Shown here: in pieces, positions 52,338 through 64,000 of the stretch
How the letters are laid out: every line of letters begins with the position of its first letter
Numbering within the stretch: the stretch's first letter is position 1
Origin: an uncultured delta proteobacterium
GTDB lineage: Bacteria > Desulfobacterota > Desulfobacteria > Desulfobacterales > SG8-13
DNA length: 64,000 nt
NCBI GenBank assembly: GCA_963848135.1
Contig: CAWKCK010000009.1
Location: 1-64,000 of the forward strand
Reading direction: 5' to 3'
Notes under the pieces: model-generated
The model's database searches: none
Seen by the model: only the letters and a program-made list of their open reading frames with translations
Told to the model about the DNA's origin: nothing
Program-made: the position numbers and the translations under genes

Positions 52338-54158
52338 GTGACCATGCAAACGGAAGCCAACCACCAATTTATTTCCCTGGATGTCTGTAAAACGCTTCTT
52401 AAATACAAGTTGATGTCTTCGGAAAAGGTCAAAGAAATTTTGGCTAAAGAAGACACCGTCAAGAAGAAGCTCGAAAGACAGGCCGGGCGGGGTTCATCGG
52501 CCAAGGGACGATCGAACAACAATTCACATGTAGACATTATCGACATTATCGCCTCCTTCAAAGCTCCCAGGGAAGATGGTCTCGGCGGCCTGGTAGACGA
52601 AGACGCAATTTTTGCCACCCTGGCGACGGAATGGGGCGTGCCCTTCAAAAAGATCGATCCTCTTCAACTGGATCTGAACCTGGTCACCACCACCATCCCT
52701 CAGAATTTTGCCGCAAACCACATGGTTCTACCGATAGATGTCAAGAATGACACGCTTTTGGTGGCAACACCGGCACCGCTAAACCTGGTCGTCATGGACG
52801 ACATCCGCCGGGTGACAAACATGAAGGCCGAGGCGGTGATTACGCCCAGGTCGGATGTAAAACGATTGATCAACGAATTCTTCGGCTTCAAACGCTCCAT
52901 CGCAGCCGCAGAAGACCTATTTTCAGGTCCCTCCGTCGATCTGGGAAATCTGGAGCAATACGTGCGGTTGAAGGCAGACGAAGACTTGCCGCCGACCGAC
53001 CAGCATATTGTCAATGCGGTCAATCATATCTTGCTCTATGCTTTCGAACAGCGGGCGAGTGATATTCACCTGGAGCCAAAACGGGAAAACCTTCTGGTAC
53101 GGATGCGGATTGACGGTGTTCTGCACACGGTATACAAGCTGCCTAAAAAGGTTCACAATGCCATCATCAGCCGTATCAAGACCCTTTCGCGATTGAACAT
53201 CGCCGAAAAGCGGCGCCCCCAGGATGGACGCATAAAGACCGACAAGGGCGGCATAGAAGTGGAAATTCGAATTTCCACCGTTCCGGTGGCCTTTGGCGAG
53301 AAGGTGGTCATGCGGGTCATGGATCCGGATATTCTTTTTCAGGATCTTGCCGAATTGGGGTTCAGCGAAACAGATTTATCCCGCTACAAACAGTTTATTC
53401 ACATGCCCCATGGAATCGTATTGGTCTGTGGACCGACGGGTAGCGGCAAATCAACCACGTTGTATTCCACCCTTCGCAGGTTGTCGACGCCGCAGAACAA
53501 TGTTGTCACCGTGGAAGACCCCATTGAAATGATCCACGAGGATTTCAATCAAATTGGCGTACATAGCGCCGTTGATGTCACTTTTGGTAATATTTTACGC
53601 ACGATCTTACGGCAGGATCCGGACATCATTATGATCGGAGAGATGCGCGATCTCGAAACTGCCCGTAACGCCGTTCAGGCGGCTCTAACCGGTCACCTGG
53701 TGCTCTCGACCCTGCATACCAACGATGCCCCGTCAGCCGTTACCCGCCTGTTGGACCTGGGAGTTCCCGCGTTTTTGATTCAGGCGACCCTTGTGGGAGT
53801 ATTGGGGCAACGGCTGATGCGGAAGATCTGTCCGTATTGCAAAGAAGAATTCGAAATGGATGTTTCTGAACTGGCCGCACTCGGATTGGATATCAGCAAT
53901 AAAGGCCGGGTGGTTCTTCAGCGTGGCAAAGGCTGCATCAAATGCCGCAACACCGGTTATCGTGGAAGAACCGGAATATTCGAGGTCGTACCCTACACGG
54001 AATCCTTGAAAAAACTGACAAGAGGTGATGCCGATGTCGAACAGTTGCGCATACGAGCGCGGGAAGAGGGGATGTTCACACTGAGGGAGAGTGCGATAAA
54101 GAAAATGCTTGAAGGGGCGACAACTTTCGAAGAAGTGCTGCGGGTCACTTGGGAATAG
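52338..54158 (+). CDS. PilB/GspE-family assembly ATPase
   Basis: ASDIHLEP, PQDGR, GPTGSGKST, LRQDPD, STLHTN, CPYC/CIKC zinc motif. Confidence 0.92.
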   Translation: MTMQTEANHQFISLDVCKTLLKYKLMSSEKVKEILAKEDTVKKKLERQAGRGSSAKGRSNNNSHVDIIDIIASFKAPREDGLGGLVDEDAIFATLATEWGVPFKKIDPLQLDLNLVTTTIPQNFAANHMVLPIDVKNDTLLVATPAPLNLVVMDDIRRVTNMKAEAVITPRSDVKRLINEFFGFKRSIAAAEDLFSGPSVDLGNLEQYVRLKADEDLPPTDQHIVNAVNHILLYAFEQRASDIHLEPKRENLLVRMRIDGVLHTVYKLPKKVHNAIISRIKTLSRLNIAEKRRPQDGRIKTDKGGIEVEIRISTVPVAFGEKVVMRVMDPDILFQDLAELGFSETDLSRYKQFIHMPHGIVLVCGPTGSGKSTTLYSTLRRLSTPQNNVVTVEDPIEMIHEDFNQIGVHSAVDVTFGNILRTILRQDPDIIMIGEMRDLETARNAVQAALTGHLVLSTLHTNDAPSAVTRLLDLGVPAFLIQATLVGVLGQRLMRKICPYCKEEFEMDVSELAALGLDISNKGRVVLQRGKGCIKCRNTGYRGRTGIFEVVPYTESLKKLTRGDADVEQLRIRAREEGMFTLRESAIKKMLEGATTFEEVLRVTWE

Positions 54159-54256
54159 TTTCAACGCGCAGATGTCTTGCCTATTGTTATCCCGAATCAA
54201 CGATATAGTGGTTGTCAAACGATCTGTTAATCGACCATTTTTATCCCCGACGCTGC

Positions 54257-54305
54257 TTATACCATTCTTTCGTATTTCGGAATTTACTTTTGAAAAGCGC
54301 TACAA
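54257..54305 (-). repeat. 49-bp REP-like palindrome, copy 4
   Basis: Reverse complement ttgtagcgcttttcaaaagtaaattccgaaatacgaaagaatggtataa. Confidence 0.7.
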
Positions 54306-54334
54306 TACTACCGGCGCTGACTTTCCCCGCATAA

Positions 54335-54378
54335 AAAAATGCGCGGCTACCGAAAATTCGAGTGAGCCGCGCATTTTT
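54335..54378. terminator. Bidirectional terminator
   Basis: aaaaatgcgcggct...agccgcgcattttt between convergent genes. Confidence 0.75.
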
Positions 54379-54411
54379 ACAATTGATGATTATCTGCTGC
54401 TACGTCGAGAG

Positions 54412-55512
54412 TTAAAGCTCCGGTGAAGAGAATCGAGATCCCGGAATAATTACCTGATTGGCATCGGTGATGTAGACGGTCGCCGTGGTGGCCTCGGTGT
54501 GCAGAACCACCAGCTCTCCGAAGGAAACCGGTTTCAGAACCGTCTCGTTTTCCTGCTGAGGTTGGACCCGTGCACTTTCCTGGTAGAAAACACTAAAGGT
54601 CTGGCCCGTCTTGATACCGTCATTTTCTCCCTTATCGATAAAAGCGGTAACGTTGTCCCCGATAAGCTTGTTTTGTTCTTCAGCCATAAGGATCTCCCCC
54701 TTAATGCCTGGAGGTGGGGCGGTTTTGGCAATTTTGGGCGAGCGCCGCTTATAGGGCATCAACAGATCATCTTTTTTGATGCGTGCGTATGCCGAAACCA
54801 CTCGTCCTATGGCATACTCGGGCTCTGTCTGGGTGATTTCGACGGTGCCCAATATGTAATGTTGAATGCCGATCTTATTACCGGTACCGAGGTGATGCAC
54901 CTCTCCCAGGGTGCGGTAGACAGTGTACCGCTGCCCAAGCCCGAGATTCTGATCATTCTCTCGGCTGATATAGACGATGTCGCCAGACGAGATCATTTTA
55001 TGTATCCCGCGGACCTTAAATATCCGGCCACTGGGAGGAACCTGTGATTCCCGAATGAAACCGACCCGATCGATACCTGAATAGGTCAATTGTCCCATTT
55101 CAGGTGGCGGCATCGCCGCCGGTTGAGTCACGGCAACCGTCGTTACGGGTGGTCCCGCATGCATTTCAACGTCCTCTCGCCGGAAAAGTTGAATCTTTTC
55201 ACCGGGATAAATCCGATGGGGATTGGCAATCTGCGGATTGCCACTCCAAAGATCCGGCCAGAGGTAGGGTGAGTTAGAGAATTTTCTGGACAAGTCCCAG
55301 AGTGTGTCGCCTTTTTTCACGGTATAGTAGATTCCGGTTTCCGTCTCGATCACCTCACCGGTAACGCCCGTGGTTTTTGAGGACTGAACGCTCGAAGATG
55401 CCTCTGAAGCTAGACTAATAGTTCCACTGCCGGGGATAACGACCGCCATAAGGGCGATTGACAGCCCAGTGCCGAAAACATGTCTCCATTTCATTTTCAT
55501 TCGAAGCTCCAA
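54412..55512 (-). CDS. LysM peptidoglycan-binding protein (TsaP-like architecture)
   Basis: Signal peptide; YTVKKGDTLWDLS..F..SPYLWPDLW..NP.I.NPHRIYPG. Confidence 0.85.
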   Translation of the reverse strand: MELRMKMKWRHVFGTGLSIALMAVVIPGSGTISLASEASSSVQSSKTTGVTGEVIETETGIYYTVKKGDTLWDLSRKFSNSPYLWPDLWSGNPQIANPHRIYPGEKIQLFRREDVEMHAGPPVTTVAVTQPAAMPPPEMGQLTYSGIDRVGFIRESQVPPSGRIFKVRGIHKMISSGDIVYISRENDQNLGLGQRYTVYRTLGEVHHLGTGNKIGIQHYILGTVEITQTEPEYAIGRVVSAYARIKKDDLLMPYKRRSPKIAKTAPPPGIKGEILMAEEQNKLIGDNVTAFIDKGENDGIKTGQTFSVFYQESARVQPQQENETVLKPVSFGELVVLHTEATTATVYITDANQVIIPGSRFSSPEL

Positions 55513-55745
55513 TAACGAATCTTAAAGTTGACGTTTTTTCAGCCGAATTTACTATTATTTTAAAATATTTAGGCTGGAAAGTCAAGAAATTGAAGGCAAG
55601 GGGAGAGTATCTTCGATCGTCAGACTGGGTATTGGACCCGAACCTAAGGATTTGCAGTACTATTTAAAAATAAATTCCGAAAATCTGATTGAATTTTCGA
55701 GTATTTCGTTCGACATCTTCGCTGGAGACGGCGAAACAGTAAAAT

Positions 55746-55778
55746 AAAAACCCCCGTGCAATTTAGACACGGGGGTTT
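55746..55778 (-). terminator. groEL intrinsic terminator
   Basis: aaacccccgtg...cacgggggttt hairpin with an A tract on the + strand. Confidence 0.8.
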
Positions 55779-55826
55779 CGTTACTTACGAGATAAGTTAA
55801 GGTCGGGGGGATCCGAAAGGCAAAGA

Positions 55827-57503
<1,677 letters not shown>

Positions 57504-57512
57504 TCACCTAAA

Positions 57513-57800
57513 TTAGTCGATTACGCCAAGGACGTCGTCTTCACGCATGATGAGATATTCTTCACCTTCAATCTTAACCTCTGTTCCGGAATACTTCCCA
57601 AAAAGTATGCGGTCGCCTTTTTTTACTTCCAGTGCGATCCGTTTGCCGTCATCGCCAATTTTTCCGTTACCGACGGCGAACACTTTTCCCTCTGCCGGCT
57701 TTTCTTTGGCGGTATCCGGAATAATGATACCCCCTTTGGTTTTAGACTCTTCCTCAACGCGCTGCACCAGAATGCGGTCCTGTAATGGTCTCAGTTTCAT
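57513..57800 (-). CDS. groS: Co-chaperonin GroES
   Basis: [20 protein letters not shown]. Confidence 0.99.
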   Translation of the reverse strand: MKLRPLQDRILVQRVEEESKTKGGIIIPDTAKEKPAEGKVFAVGNGKIGDDGKRIALEVKKGDRILFGKYSGTEVKIEGEEYLIMREDDVLGVID

Positions 57801-58144
57801 AACAAGCCTTCTCCTTTAAGCTGTGATGAATGATAAATTGAATTGTTCGGGTTTCGGGCCGCTAGATGCAGCCCATTTAGAAATCGATCTGCAGTATCGA
57901 TAAAATATTGGCAGTATTAACAATTAGTTGATAAATTTTAAGACGATATTATCTCATTTCGAGGTTATAATAATCATGGTTATTTTTTTGTAAAGTGGCA
58001 CCGGCGAAATTTTTTCATTAAAAATGATTCCTGTTTCAGATTCTGCCGTTCCTTCAGCAAATTCCGTTTGCAGCCGGAATCGCACCATTGAAGCCACAAG
58101 AAACCAACATGCTCGCTTTGGCAACGACTGCCTGTGATCGGATT

Positions 58145-58435
58145 CTATTTTTTTGTGGATTTTGTCGCCGGTTTCGTATCTGTGTCGGTACTACCTGTGG
58201 TCGCTGTGCTTTCCGTTTTATCGTTTTTCGTGTCGCTGGAGGAAGTTGAACGGGCTTTGTTGGCATAATCGGTGACATACCAACCGGTTCCCTTTAGGTG
58301 AAAACTTGTGTGGGAAACAAGCTTGTGAAGCTTTCCTGAGCACTGCTTACAGCGGGTGAGGGGTCTATCCGAGAACTTCTGAATCGCTTCCTCGACCATT
58401 CCGCATTTGGCGCATTCGTACTCGTAAATGGGCAT
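58145..58435 (-). CDS. FmdB-family zinc ribbon protein
   Basis: MPIYEYECAKCG...CKQCSG...FHLKGTGWYVTDY. Confidence 0.9.
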   Translation of the reverse strand: MPIYEYECAKCGMVEEAIQKFSDRPLTRCKQCSGKLHKLVSHTSFHLKGTGWYVTDYANKARSTSSSDTKNDKTESTATTGSTDTDTKPATKSTKK

Positions 58436-58579
58436 AGGTGAGTTCCTCCGAACGGTGAACATATGTCAGGCACGGCCTGTCTCTGGCGGGCGAACAGTAC
58501 TCATTCACCGATTGATTGTCAAGTAGGATTGTACCAATAAGTGTGTTTGTATTCCACTATTGATCGCGGGAACTCAGGG

Positions 58580-59113
58580 TTATTTCAGGTCATCATAAGG
58601 GATACGCCATTCGTTGTAAAAATTTAGAACCGCGGAGAGACCCTCCAATTGCAAAGGTTTGAGGATATGGTGGGTTTTGGCGTGCACTCGTTTCTCTTCA
58701 GCCAGGCGTTCATCCTGTGGTGCATCGAAATACTGGAGAAACTTGCTGAACCGAACGATGTGTATCAACTCGTGGGTAACGATATAAAGTACAAAAGGGA
58801 ATAGGAGCAACCCCGTCTGCTGGGTCAGGGTGGCTAAAATTGCGTGATCTTGCAGGCAGATTTTGTACAAATCGTAAGTTGAACTGCCCAATGGATGGGC
58901 ACGGTGCCGGCCCTCGTAACGGATAATTTGAGCGAATGGACCATGAACAACTTCATCCGTTTTCAGATCAGTGAGCGTTTTGATATCGAAACGTCGGTGC
59001 AGCCATTGGCTGGCCGACATTTTGTAGAAGTTACTCACCAGTTCTTCGGCCATACCAACAGCGTCGTTGACGATTTCAAGCTGTTCGGTGCTGAATTTTT
59101 CCAGGGTGTTCAT
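58580..59113 (-). CDS. Hypothetical protein with HEXXH motif
   Basis: THELIHIVRF followed by a downstream EE; start at MNTLEK. Confidence 0.7.
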   Translation of the reverse strand: MNTLEKFSTEQLEIVNDAVGMAEELVSNFYKMSASQWLHRRFDIKTLTDLKTDEVVHGPFAQIIRYEGRHRAHPLGSSTYDLYKICLQDHAILATLTQQTGLLLFPFVLYIVTHELIHIVRFSKFLQYFDAPQDERLAEEKRVHAKTHHILKPLQLEGLSAVLNFYNEWRIPYDDLK

Positions 59114-59444
59114 AGCGCATTCTTCTCGGCCGCCAGTATCATCGCTTATCAAGCATTAATCAGTGCGCATAGATTTCCGATAAAGTAAATAGTATTTTCA
59201 CCCCACACGGTTTCACGGGGATACGTTGGCATCATAACAGAATGTGTAATTGATGTTTAGGGTGTATTATGTGACAATGCCAATGAGCACATATCCTATT
59301 TTTTAGCGATACCGGAACGAAACGGTCGGGATGAACCGGTAAATGCCATCCCTTGCCCGATCAAGATTAGGAACGAAGGGAAGTCAATTTTAAACCCAAC
59401 TTTGAATACCTCATGAACGATGTGGGGGAGACAGGTAGGCATCT

Positions 59445-60071
59445 GTGGCAATAAAAGCGGAGCCCTTGGAAATCGAAGTCAAATTCTTTTTGACGGATGT
59501 TGAGAATCTGCGCCAAAGAATTTCCGGGACCGGCGCGATCGACCGGGGCAGGGTGTTTGAGACGAATTTTCGTTTCGACGATTCAAACGGCAGCCTTACC
59601 GGGAATTCATCACTATTGCGTCTGCGCAAGGCTGACCGCACGACGCTGACTTTCAAAGCCAGGCCCCCCGAAACGGACAATCAGTTTAAAATCCGCACAG
59701 AGTATGAAGTGACCGTCAGTGATTTTGGCGTGATGAGACGGATTCTCGAAAAACTCGGGTTCCGTCGGCGGCAGGTGTATGAAAAGTGGCGCGAGACCTT
59801 TGTGTTAAATGCCACTCATCTTTGCCTCGACGCCATGCCCTTCGGGGATTTTCTGGAAATCGAGGGCACCAAAACCGCCATAACTGCTGTTGCTTCCCGG
59901 CTCGGTCTGGTTTGGGAACGGCGGATTCTGTTGAATTATCTTGAAATATTCAGCATTATCAAACAGCATTTTGACTTACCGTTTGACGATGTTACCTTCG
60001 ACAACTTTGCCTCTTTGCAACTCGATTTCAGAGAACTTATCGAAAAGATGTGTGCCCAGAAATCCCGTTGA
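59445..60071 (+). CDS. CYTH-domain protein (class IV adenylate cyclase/triphosphatase-like)
   Basis: EIEVKF, LRLR, LTFK, YEKWRE, FLEIEG. Confidence 0.9.
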   Translation: MAIKAEPLEIEVKFFLTDVENLRQRISGTGAIDRGRVFETNFRFDDSNGSLTGNSSLLRLRKADRTTLTFKARPPETDNQFKIRTEYEVTVSDFGVMRRILEKLGFRRRQVYEKWRETFVLNATHLCLDAMPFGDFLEIEGTKTAITAVASRLGLVWERRILLNYLEIFSIIKQHFDLPFDDVTFDNFASLQLDFRELIEKMCAQKSR

Positions 60072-60182
60072 TGCGATATTCTTGGTTGAATACAGGGCAA
60101 CCAAATCTATTTCATAGCCTTCCTTATTTGTGAACGGACCAGGGGACCGGTCCGCTGAAATGGCTGTGTGCCGGCAGGTTTT

Positions 60183-61295
60183 TCAAGTATCAGACTGAGG
60201 CGTATTCGCCCCTTTTATACTTACCGTAAATTGTTTTTCCAATACCAAGTCGCCCGTCTTAGAGAACACGTACACAATGGCTGCAGTGAATCGGTCGGTA
60301 TCTGCCTGATCATTTACTTTGAAGCGTATGGTGCGGTAATTGTAAATCGAAAAGAAATATCCTTCCGTGCCTTTTGGTCGGTCGGATTCTAGCGGAACCG
60401 ACGGCAGCACCAGCCAACCCTTCGGATCATTGTTTTCATTCTTTAAGATAACGACGGTTTGGCCGTTAATGGGCTGAGTTTTTTCACCCGTATTTCGGAT
60501 AACATACTCTACCCGCAGGAGATTGGCTCCCGGTTCAAAGACAGTGGTCATTTTTTCGACTGCCACTTTCATACCCGGACCGGGCTCTTTAACAACCGGT
60601 TGTTCATCCGGTTTTGGCGCAACCCTCTTAGGGGTTGGCGCCGGTTTCGCTGATGCAACCGTTTCAGCATCGGTACCGGGTTTGATCACAAGCATTTGAC
60701 CGGGGTGGATCATGTGACCTTCTTGCAAATCGTTATACTTGCGCAGCAAATCGATGGAGACCCCATAACTGAGGCTGATCAAATAGAGCGAGTCTCCAGA
60801 TTCAACTTTGTGGTAAACGGCTTTATCATTTTCAGCAGCCGTGGTTGCCGTCTCTTCCTCAGGCGATTGCGAAACGGCCGGCAACCTGGAAACGTTGGGT
60901 GCGGGTTCTTCGGTCAAAGGGGTGTCGGCAGGATTACTGGGAAGGTTCCTGCCCTTGTTGGAAAGAGATCCGTCAACCCGTGATTCTGCCATTACCAGCC
61001 TTGCTATGAGAATGTCTTTCTCATCTTTCAGGGAGATCACGTTCTGGTCCAAAGTGTCGATCTTGTCAGACAAGGTTCGTATGTCTACCAGCGCATCCCG
61101 GTATAGGTATCCCAAACCGATTGAAAAGCCTGTTAGCGCCAGAATGATGAGGATCGTTATGATAACTGCGGCTTTAAGGTGGTTGAAGGCGATCGTCTTG
61201 CTGCGATCGCCGATAAACAGCAAAGTCCACCGGCGGTCTCCTCGGGAACCTTTTGTCGGATTTTGTATGTTGAGGTCTTTTATCCATTTGCTCAT
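60183..61295 (-). CDS. Membrane-anchored coiled-coil LysM protein
   Basis: N-terminal TM helix, coiled coil, YHKVESGDSLYLIS..YGVS...IHPGQML. Confidence 0.8.
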   Translation of the reverse strand: MSKWIKDLNIQNPTKGSRGDRRWTLLFIGDRSKTIAFNHLKAAVIITILIILALTGFSIGLGYLYRDALVDIRTLSDKIDTLDQNVISLKDEKDILIARLVMAESRVDGSLSNKGRNLPSNPADTPLTEEPAPNVSRLPAVSQSPEEETATTAAENDKAVYHKVESGDSLYLISLSYGVSIDLLRKYNDLQEGHMIHPGQMLVIKPGTDAETVASAKPAPTPKRVAPKPDEQPVVKEPGPGMKVAVEKMTTVFEPGANLLRVEYVIRNTGEKTQPINGQTVVILKNENNDPKGWLVLPSVPLESDRPKGTEGYFFSIYNYRTIRFKVNDQADTDRFTAAIVYVFSKTGDLVLEKQFTVSIKGANTPQSDT

Positions 61296-61322
61296 GATGC
61301 ATACCCTTATGAAATTTTTGGG

Positions 61323-62126
61323 TTAAGCGACCCTGACGATAAATGATGAATCTGCTGTCATCCCGAAGAGTTCAGCGGCACTTCCTCGGTTTACAGAAAT
61401 TTCAAGCAAACCACGGCTGCCGACCAAAACCAAAGGCCTTTGCGGTGTCACCTCCTCATAGGTCCGGCTTAGGCCCATGATACTGTGTCCCTCGATCCTG
61501 AATTGGAGTTTTTCTCTTTCGGCTTTAGGATAATGCCATTTTATGGTGTTCCAATCAAGGTTTGTGATCAAATTTCCGTACCGGTCGACGGCAATAACGG
61601 TACCCAGCAGCTGGCCATCGCCGGTGAGTTTGGGTACTGGAAAATTCAGCCGTTCAAGAGCTGAGATGGCAAGCGGCGGACCGATTTGTTCGAAGGATAG
61701 TCCAAGCGAGAGGTGGGCCCCGACAGGGGCAAATATGTCACGGCCATGAAAGGTATTGCTGACGGGTTTCAAAAAATACGCGGCGTTTTCCACCCGGCAA
61801 GCGGTATCGACTTTCCTGTCCGCCAATAGAAGAGACAGGACACCATTATCCGGTGCCACAAACGTCTGGCCTTGCGCACGCAGGGCAATAATAGCGCGCG
61901 AACTGCCGACAGCCGGGTCGATGACGACGATATGAACTGTTTCCTGGGGAAAGTACCTGCTGGCGTGCGGGATGAGATAGGCCGCTTGACGCACGTCCTG
62001 GGGGGCGATTTCGTGGGTGATATCAATAATGGTGGCCTGTGGATTAATCGAGAGGATCACGCCTTTCATAATGGCCACATAGGCATCCTGGTTGCCAAAG
62101 TCTGTCAATAAGGTGATGACCGACAT
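61323..62126 (-). CDS. SAM hydroxide adenosyltransferase / chlorinase-fluorinase family (DUF62)
   Basis: ITLLTDFG, VIDPAVGS, APDNG, TFHGRDIF, DRYGN. Confidence 0.9.
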   Translation of the reverse strand: MSVITLLTDFGNQDAYVAIMKGVILSINPQATIIDITHEIAPQDVRQAAYLIPHASRYFPQETVHIVVIDPAVGSSRAIIALRAQGQTFVAPDNGVLSLLLADRKVDTACRVENAAYFLKPVSNTFHGRDIFAPVGAHLSLGLSFEQIGPPLAISALERLNFPVPKLTGDGQLLGTVIAVDRYGNLITNLDWNTIKWHYPKAEREKLQFRIEGHSIMGLSRTYEEVTPQRPLVLVGSRGLLEISVNRGSAAELFGMTADSSFIVRVA

Positions 62127-62137
62127 TATGAGACCTA

Positions 62138-62239
62138 AAATTTCAATGACCTCCGGAAAGTCGGAGGTATTGTTTGTGGACCGCTCAAAGCGGTCTTATT
62201 AATCCATTCATTCGGGCAATCGGCCGCGGTCATTGAATG
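62138..62239 (-). ncRNA. Putative structured RNA element, copy B (3' of ruvB)
   Basis: Homologous to 14661-14760 with the same closing stem ttcaatgacc/ggtcattgaa. Confidence 0.5.
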
Positions 62240-62246
62240 ATGATTT

Positions 62247-63338
62247 TTAGAACAACTTCTTTTGTGTTTTGAAGCCCAGGTGATGGTAGGCCGATTCGGT
62301 TGCTTTTCTTCCGGATGATGTGCGCGTAATAAATCCCGCCTTTAGCAGATAGGGTTCGACAACATCCACCAACGTATCGGTTTCTTCCTGAAGTGTTGCC
62401 GCAATGGCTTCGATTCCAACCGGCCCACCGTTGTAAAATTCTATAATGGTTGTTATGAATCGTCGATCGAGATCTGTTAATCCTCTTTTATCTACACCTT
62501 CCAGGGCCAAGGCGGATTCCACCGTACCCCGTTTTATGGCACCGTCTTCCCGCACTTGAGCATAGTCTCTGACACGTTTGAGAAGTCGATTGACGATCCG
62601 CGGCGTTCCGCGTGAACGCTGCGCCAGTTCGGTTGCGCCGGAATCATCCAGGCGGACTTGGAGCAAGGCTGAAGAACGCAGTGAAATTCGAACCAATTCG
62701 GCAACGGTATAAAATTCGAGGTTGCGTAAAATGCCGAATCGATCCCGCAGTGGTGAAGAGAGCAACCCAATCCGTGTCGTCGCGCCGATGAGGCTGAAGC
62801 GTTTGAGGCGAAACCTGTGACTTCTGGCATGGACGCCTTTGTCAAAAACGAAATCGATCGCGAAATCTTCCATTGCCGGGTAAAGCAATTCTTCTACAAC
62901 GCGCGGGATCCGGTGGACTTCATCAACAAACAGCACATCGCCTTCTTCGAGATGTGTGAGAATACCAATAAGGTCGCCACCTTTTTCCAAGGCCGGCCCG
63001 GAAGTTACTGTCAGGTTGCCTCCCATCTCATTGGCAATGATGTGGGCCAGGGTGGTTTTGCCCAAACCGGGTGGGCCGTGAAAGAGAATATGGTCGATAG
63101 GCTCGTTTCGCAATTTAGCGGCCTCAACCGCGATCTTAAGTGTTTCTACGATTTCTTTTTGCCCCACATAGTCGGTGAAACAGTTGGGACGCAAAGAAAG
63201 GATGTTCGAGTCATAATCGACCGGTAGGCACTCTCCGGATACGAGTTCTCGATCTGCGGAAGAATATTTAATCACATCATCAGACATGGTCATCCCGATA
63301 TCTTTGGTCTCTAATACGGATATATCACCAGAAGTCAC
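62247..63338 (-). CDS. ruvB: Holliday junction branch migration helicase RuvB
   Basis: [28 protein letters not shown]. Confidence 0.97.
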   Translation of the reverse strand: MTSGDISVLETKDIGMTMSDDVIKYSSADRELVSGECLPVDYDSNILSLRPNCFTDYVGQKEIVETLKIAVEAAKLRNEPIDHILFHGPPGLGKTTLAHIIANEMGGNLTVTSGPALEKGGDLIGILTHLEEGDVLFVDEVHRIPRVVEELLYPAMEDFAIDFVFDKGVHARSHRFRLKRFSLIGATTRIGLLSSPLRDRFGILRNLEFYTVAELVRISLRSSALLQVRLDDSGATELAQRSRGTPRIVNRLLKRVRDYAQVREDGAIKRGTVESALALEGVDKRGLTDLDRRFITTIIEFYNGGPVGIEAIAATLQEETDTLVDVVEPYLLKAGFITRTSSGRKATESAYHHLGFKTQKKLF

Positions 63339-63353
63339 CTCAATGAGATTCTT

Positions 63354-63558
63354 AGCCCCATCCGCCGGAGGCGGACCAGTCTTCCAAAGACGGACAAGTC
63401 TCAGCCTTGGTTCCTCGTTTCACGTCCTCGACATCCTTCAGGATGCGGGCTGCGACCCTTAGAGAAGGATCGATCAGGCGGGAAGTCCCTCACGGCGGGG
63501 AATCTCGGATCCGCCTTGATCCTGGTTCAACATCCTAATTTATGGTATCTTTTGGGCT
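63354..63558 (-). repeat. Degenerate palindromic dispersed element between ruvA and ruvB
   Basis: Reverse complement contains tcaaggcgg...cgcagcccgcatcc..ggatgtcgagga; ends agccc / gggct; internal tccgccggaggcgga hairpin. Confidence 0.45.
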
Positions 63559-63565
63559 CTCAGGG

Positions 63566-64000
63566 TCACGATTCTCCGCGGTAGACTTCTTCGAACAGCT
63601 CTTCAGGTGTCTTCAGCGAAGGATTTCGTTCCAAGGCCTCTTTAACCATCCGCCGGGCATTCGATATTTTGTGCCCGAGCTGTGAAACCAAAACATCAAT
63701 GACCGCGTCGAAAGTTTCTTCGGAGATTGACGGCGGTCTTTTTACGGACTTGACCGGCAGGGCAAACCGATCCATTTTGCCCGACAGTGTCGCAATGATC
63801 TTTTTAGCCGTTCGTTCGCCAATCCCTTTTAGGTTTTTTAAAGCGGCATGGTCCTTGGTTTCGATGGCTTGGGCGATTTCCCCGACCGGTATTGTCATGG
63901 CTTTGATTGCTTTGAGGGGGCCGATGTCCCCCACGGAAATGAAATGTTGAAAGAAGTCCTTTTCATCTTCGGTATTAAAGCCGATCAATACTGGTTTGGG
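63566..64000 (-). CDS. ruvA: Holliday junction DNA-binding protein RuvA (partial)
   Basis: LIGF, VGDIGP, KGIGERTA HhH motifs; upstream of ruvB; runs off window end. Confidence 0.9.
   Translation of the reverse strand, partial: PKPVLIGFNTEDEKDFFQHFISVGDIGPLKAIKAMTIPVGEIAQAIETKDHAALKNLKGIGERTAKKIIATLSGKMDRFALPVKSVKRPPSISEETFDAVIDVLVSQLGHKISNARRMVKEALERNPSLKTPEELFEEVYRGES

Noticed and set aside
57801..58050. CIRCE element upstream of groES
   Set aside because: No TTAGCACTC-N9-GAGTGCTAA match was seen
61323..62126. Halogenase (fluorinase/chlorinase) activity
   Set aside because: The housekeeping context and DUF62-type motifs favour a SAM hydrolase; halogenase function cannot be supported from sequence alone

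Overview
This is a 64 kb bacterial chromosomal window, probably from a Desulfobacterota (Desulfobacterales/Desulfosarcina-like) organism; the taxon is inferred from gene content such as the short EF-Ts, the PurL/PurQ arrangement and sigma54 regulation. From left to right it holds: (1) a sigma54-controlled sulfolactate catabolic cluster (slcC-comC-suyAB, a TRAP binding protein and a divergent GAF/AAA activator); (2) two nucleotide-sugar epimerases, a PcaD-like hydrolase, and an EHD/dynamin-like NTPase next to tRNA-Arg(CCG); (3) a housekeeping block from folC through rho, prfA, rpsB-tsf-pyrH-frr-uppS-cdsA-dxr-rseP to purLQ; (4) an accessory region of about 22 kb with two tandem paralogous type IV minor-pilin cassettes (fimT-pilW-pilV-pilX-pilY1). 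The second cassette encodes a 2594-aa PilY1 with eight nearly identical 234-bp repeats. A collagen/pentapeptide gene and a MITE separate the cassettes, and a PilB-type ATPase follows them; (5) LysM proteins, groESL, a CYTH protein, a SAM hydrolase and ruvBA. The intergenic DNA contains at least three families of dispersed palindromic elements. One is a ~100-nt putative structured RNA found just after the stop codons of both adk and ruvB. All calls come from reading motifs by eye; no searches were run.
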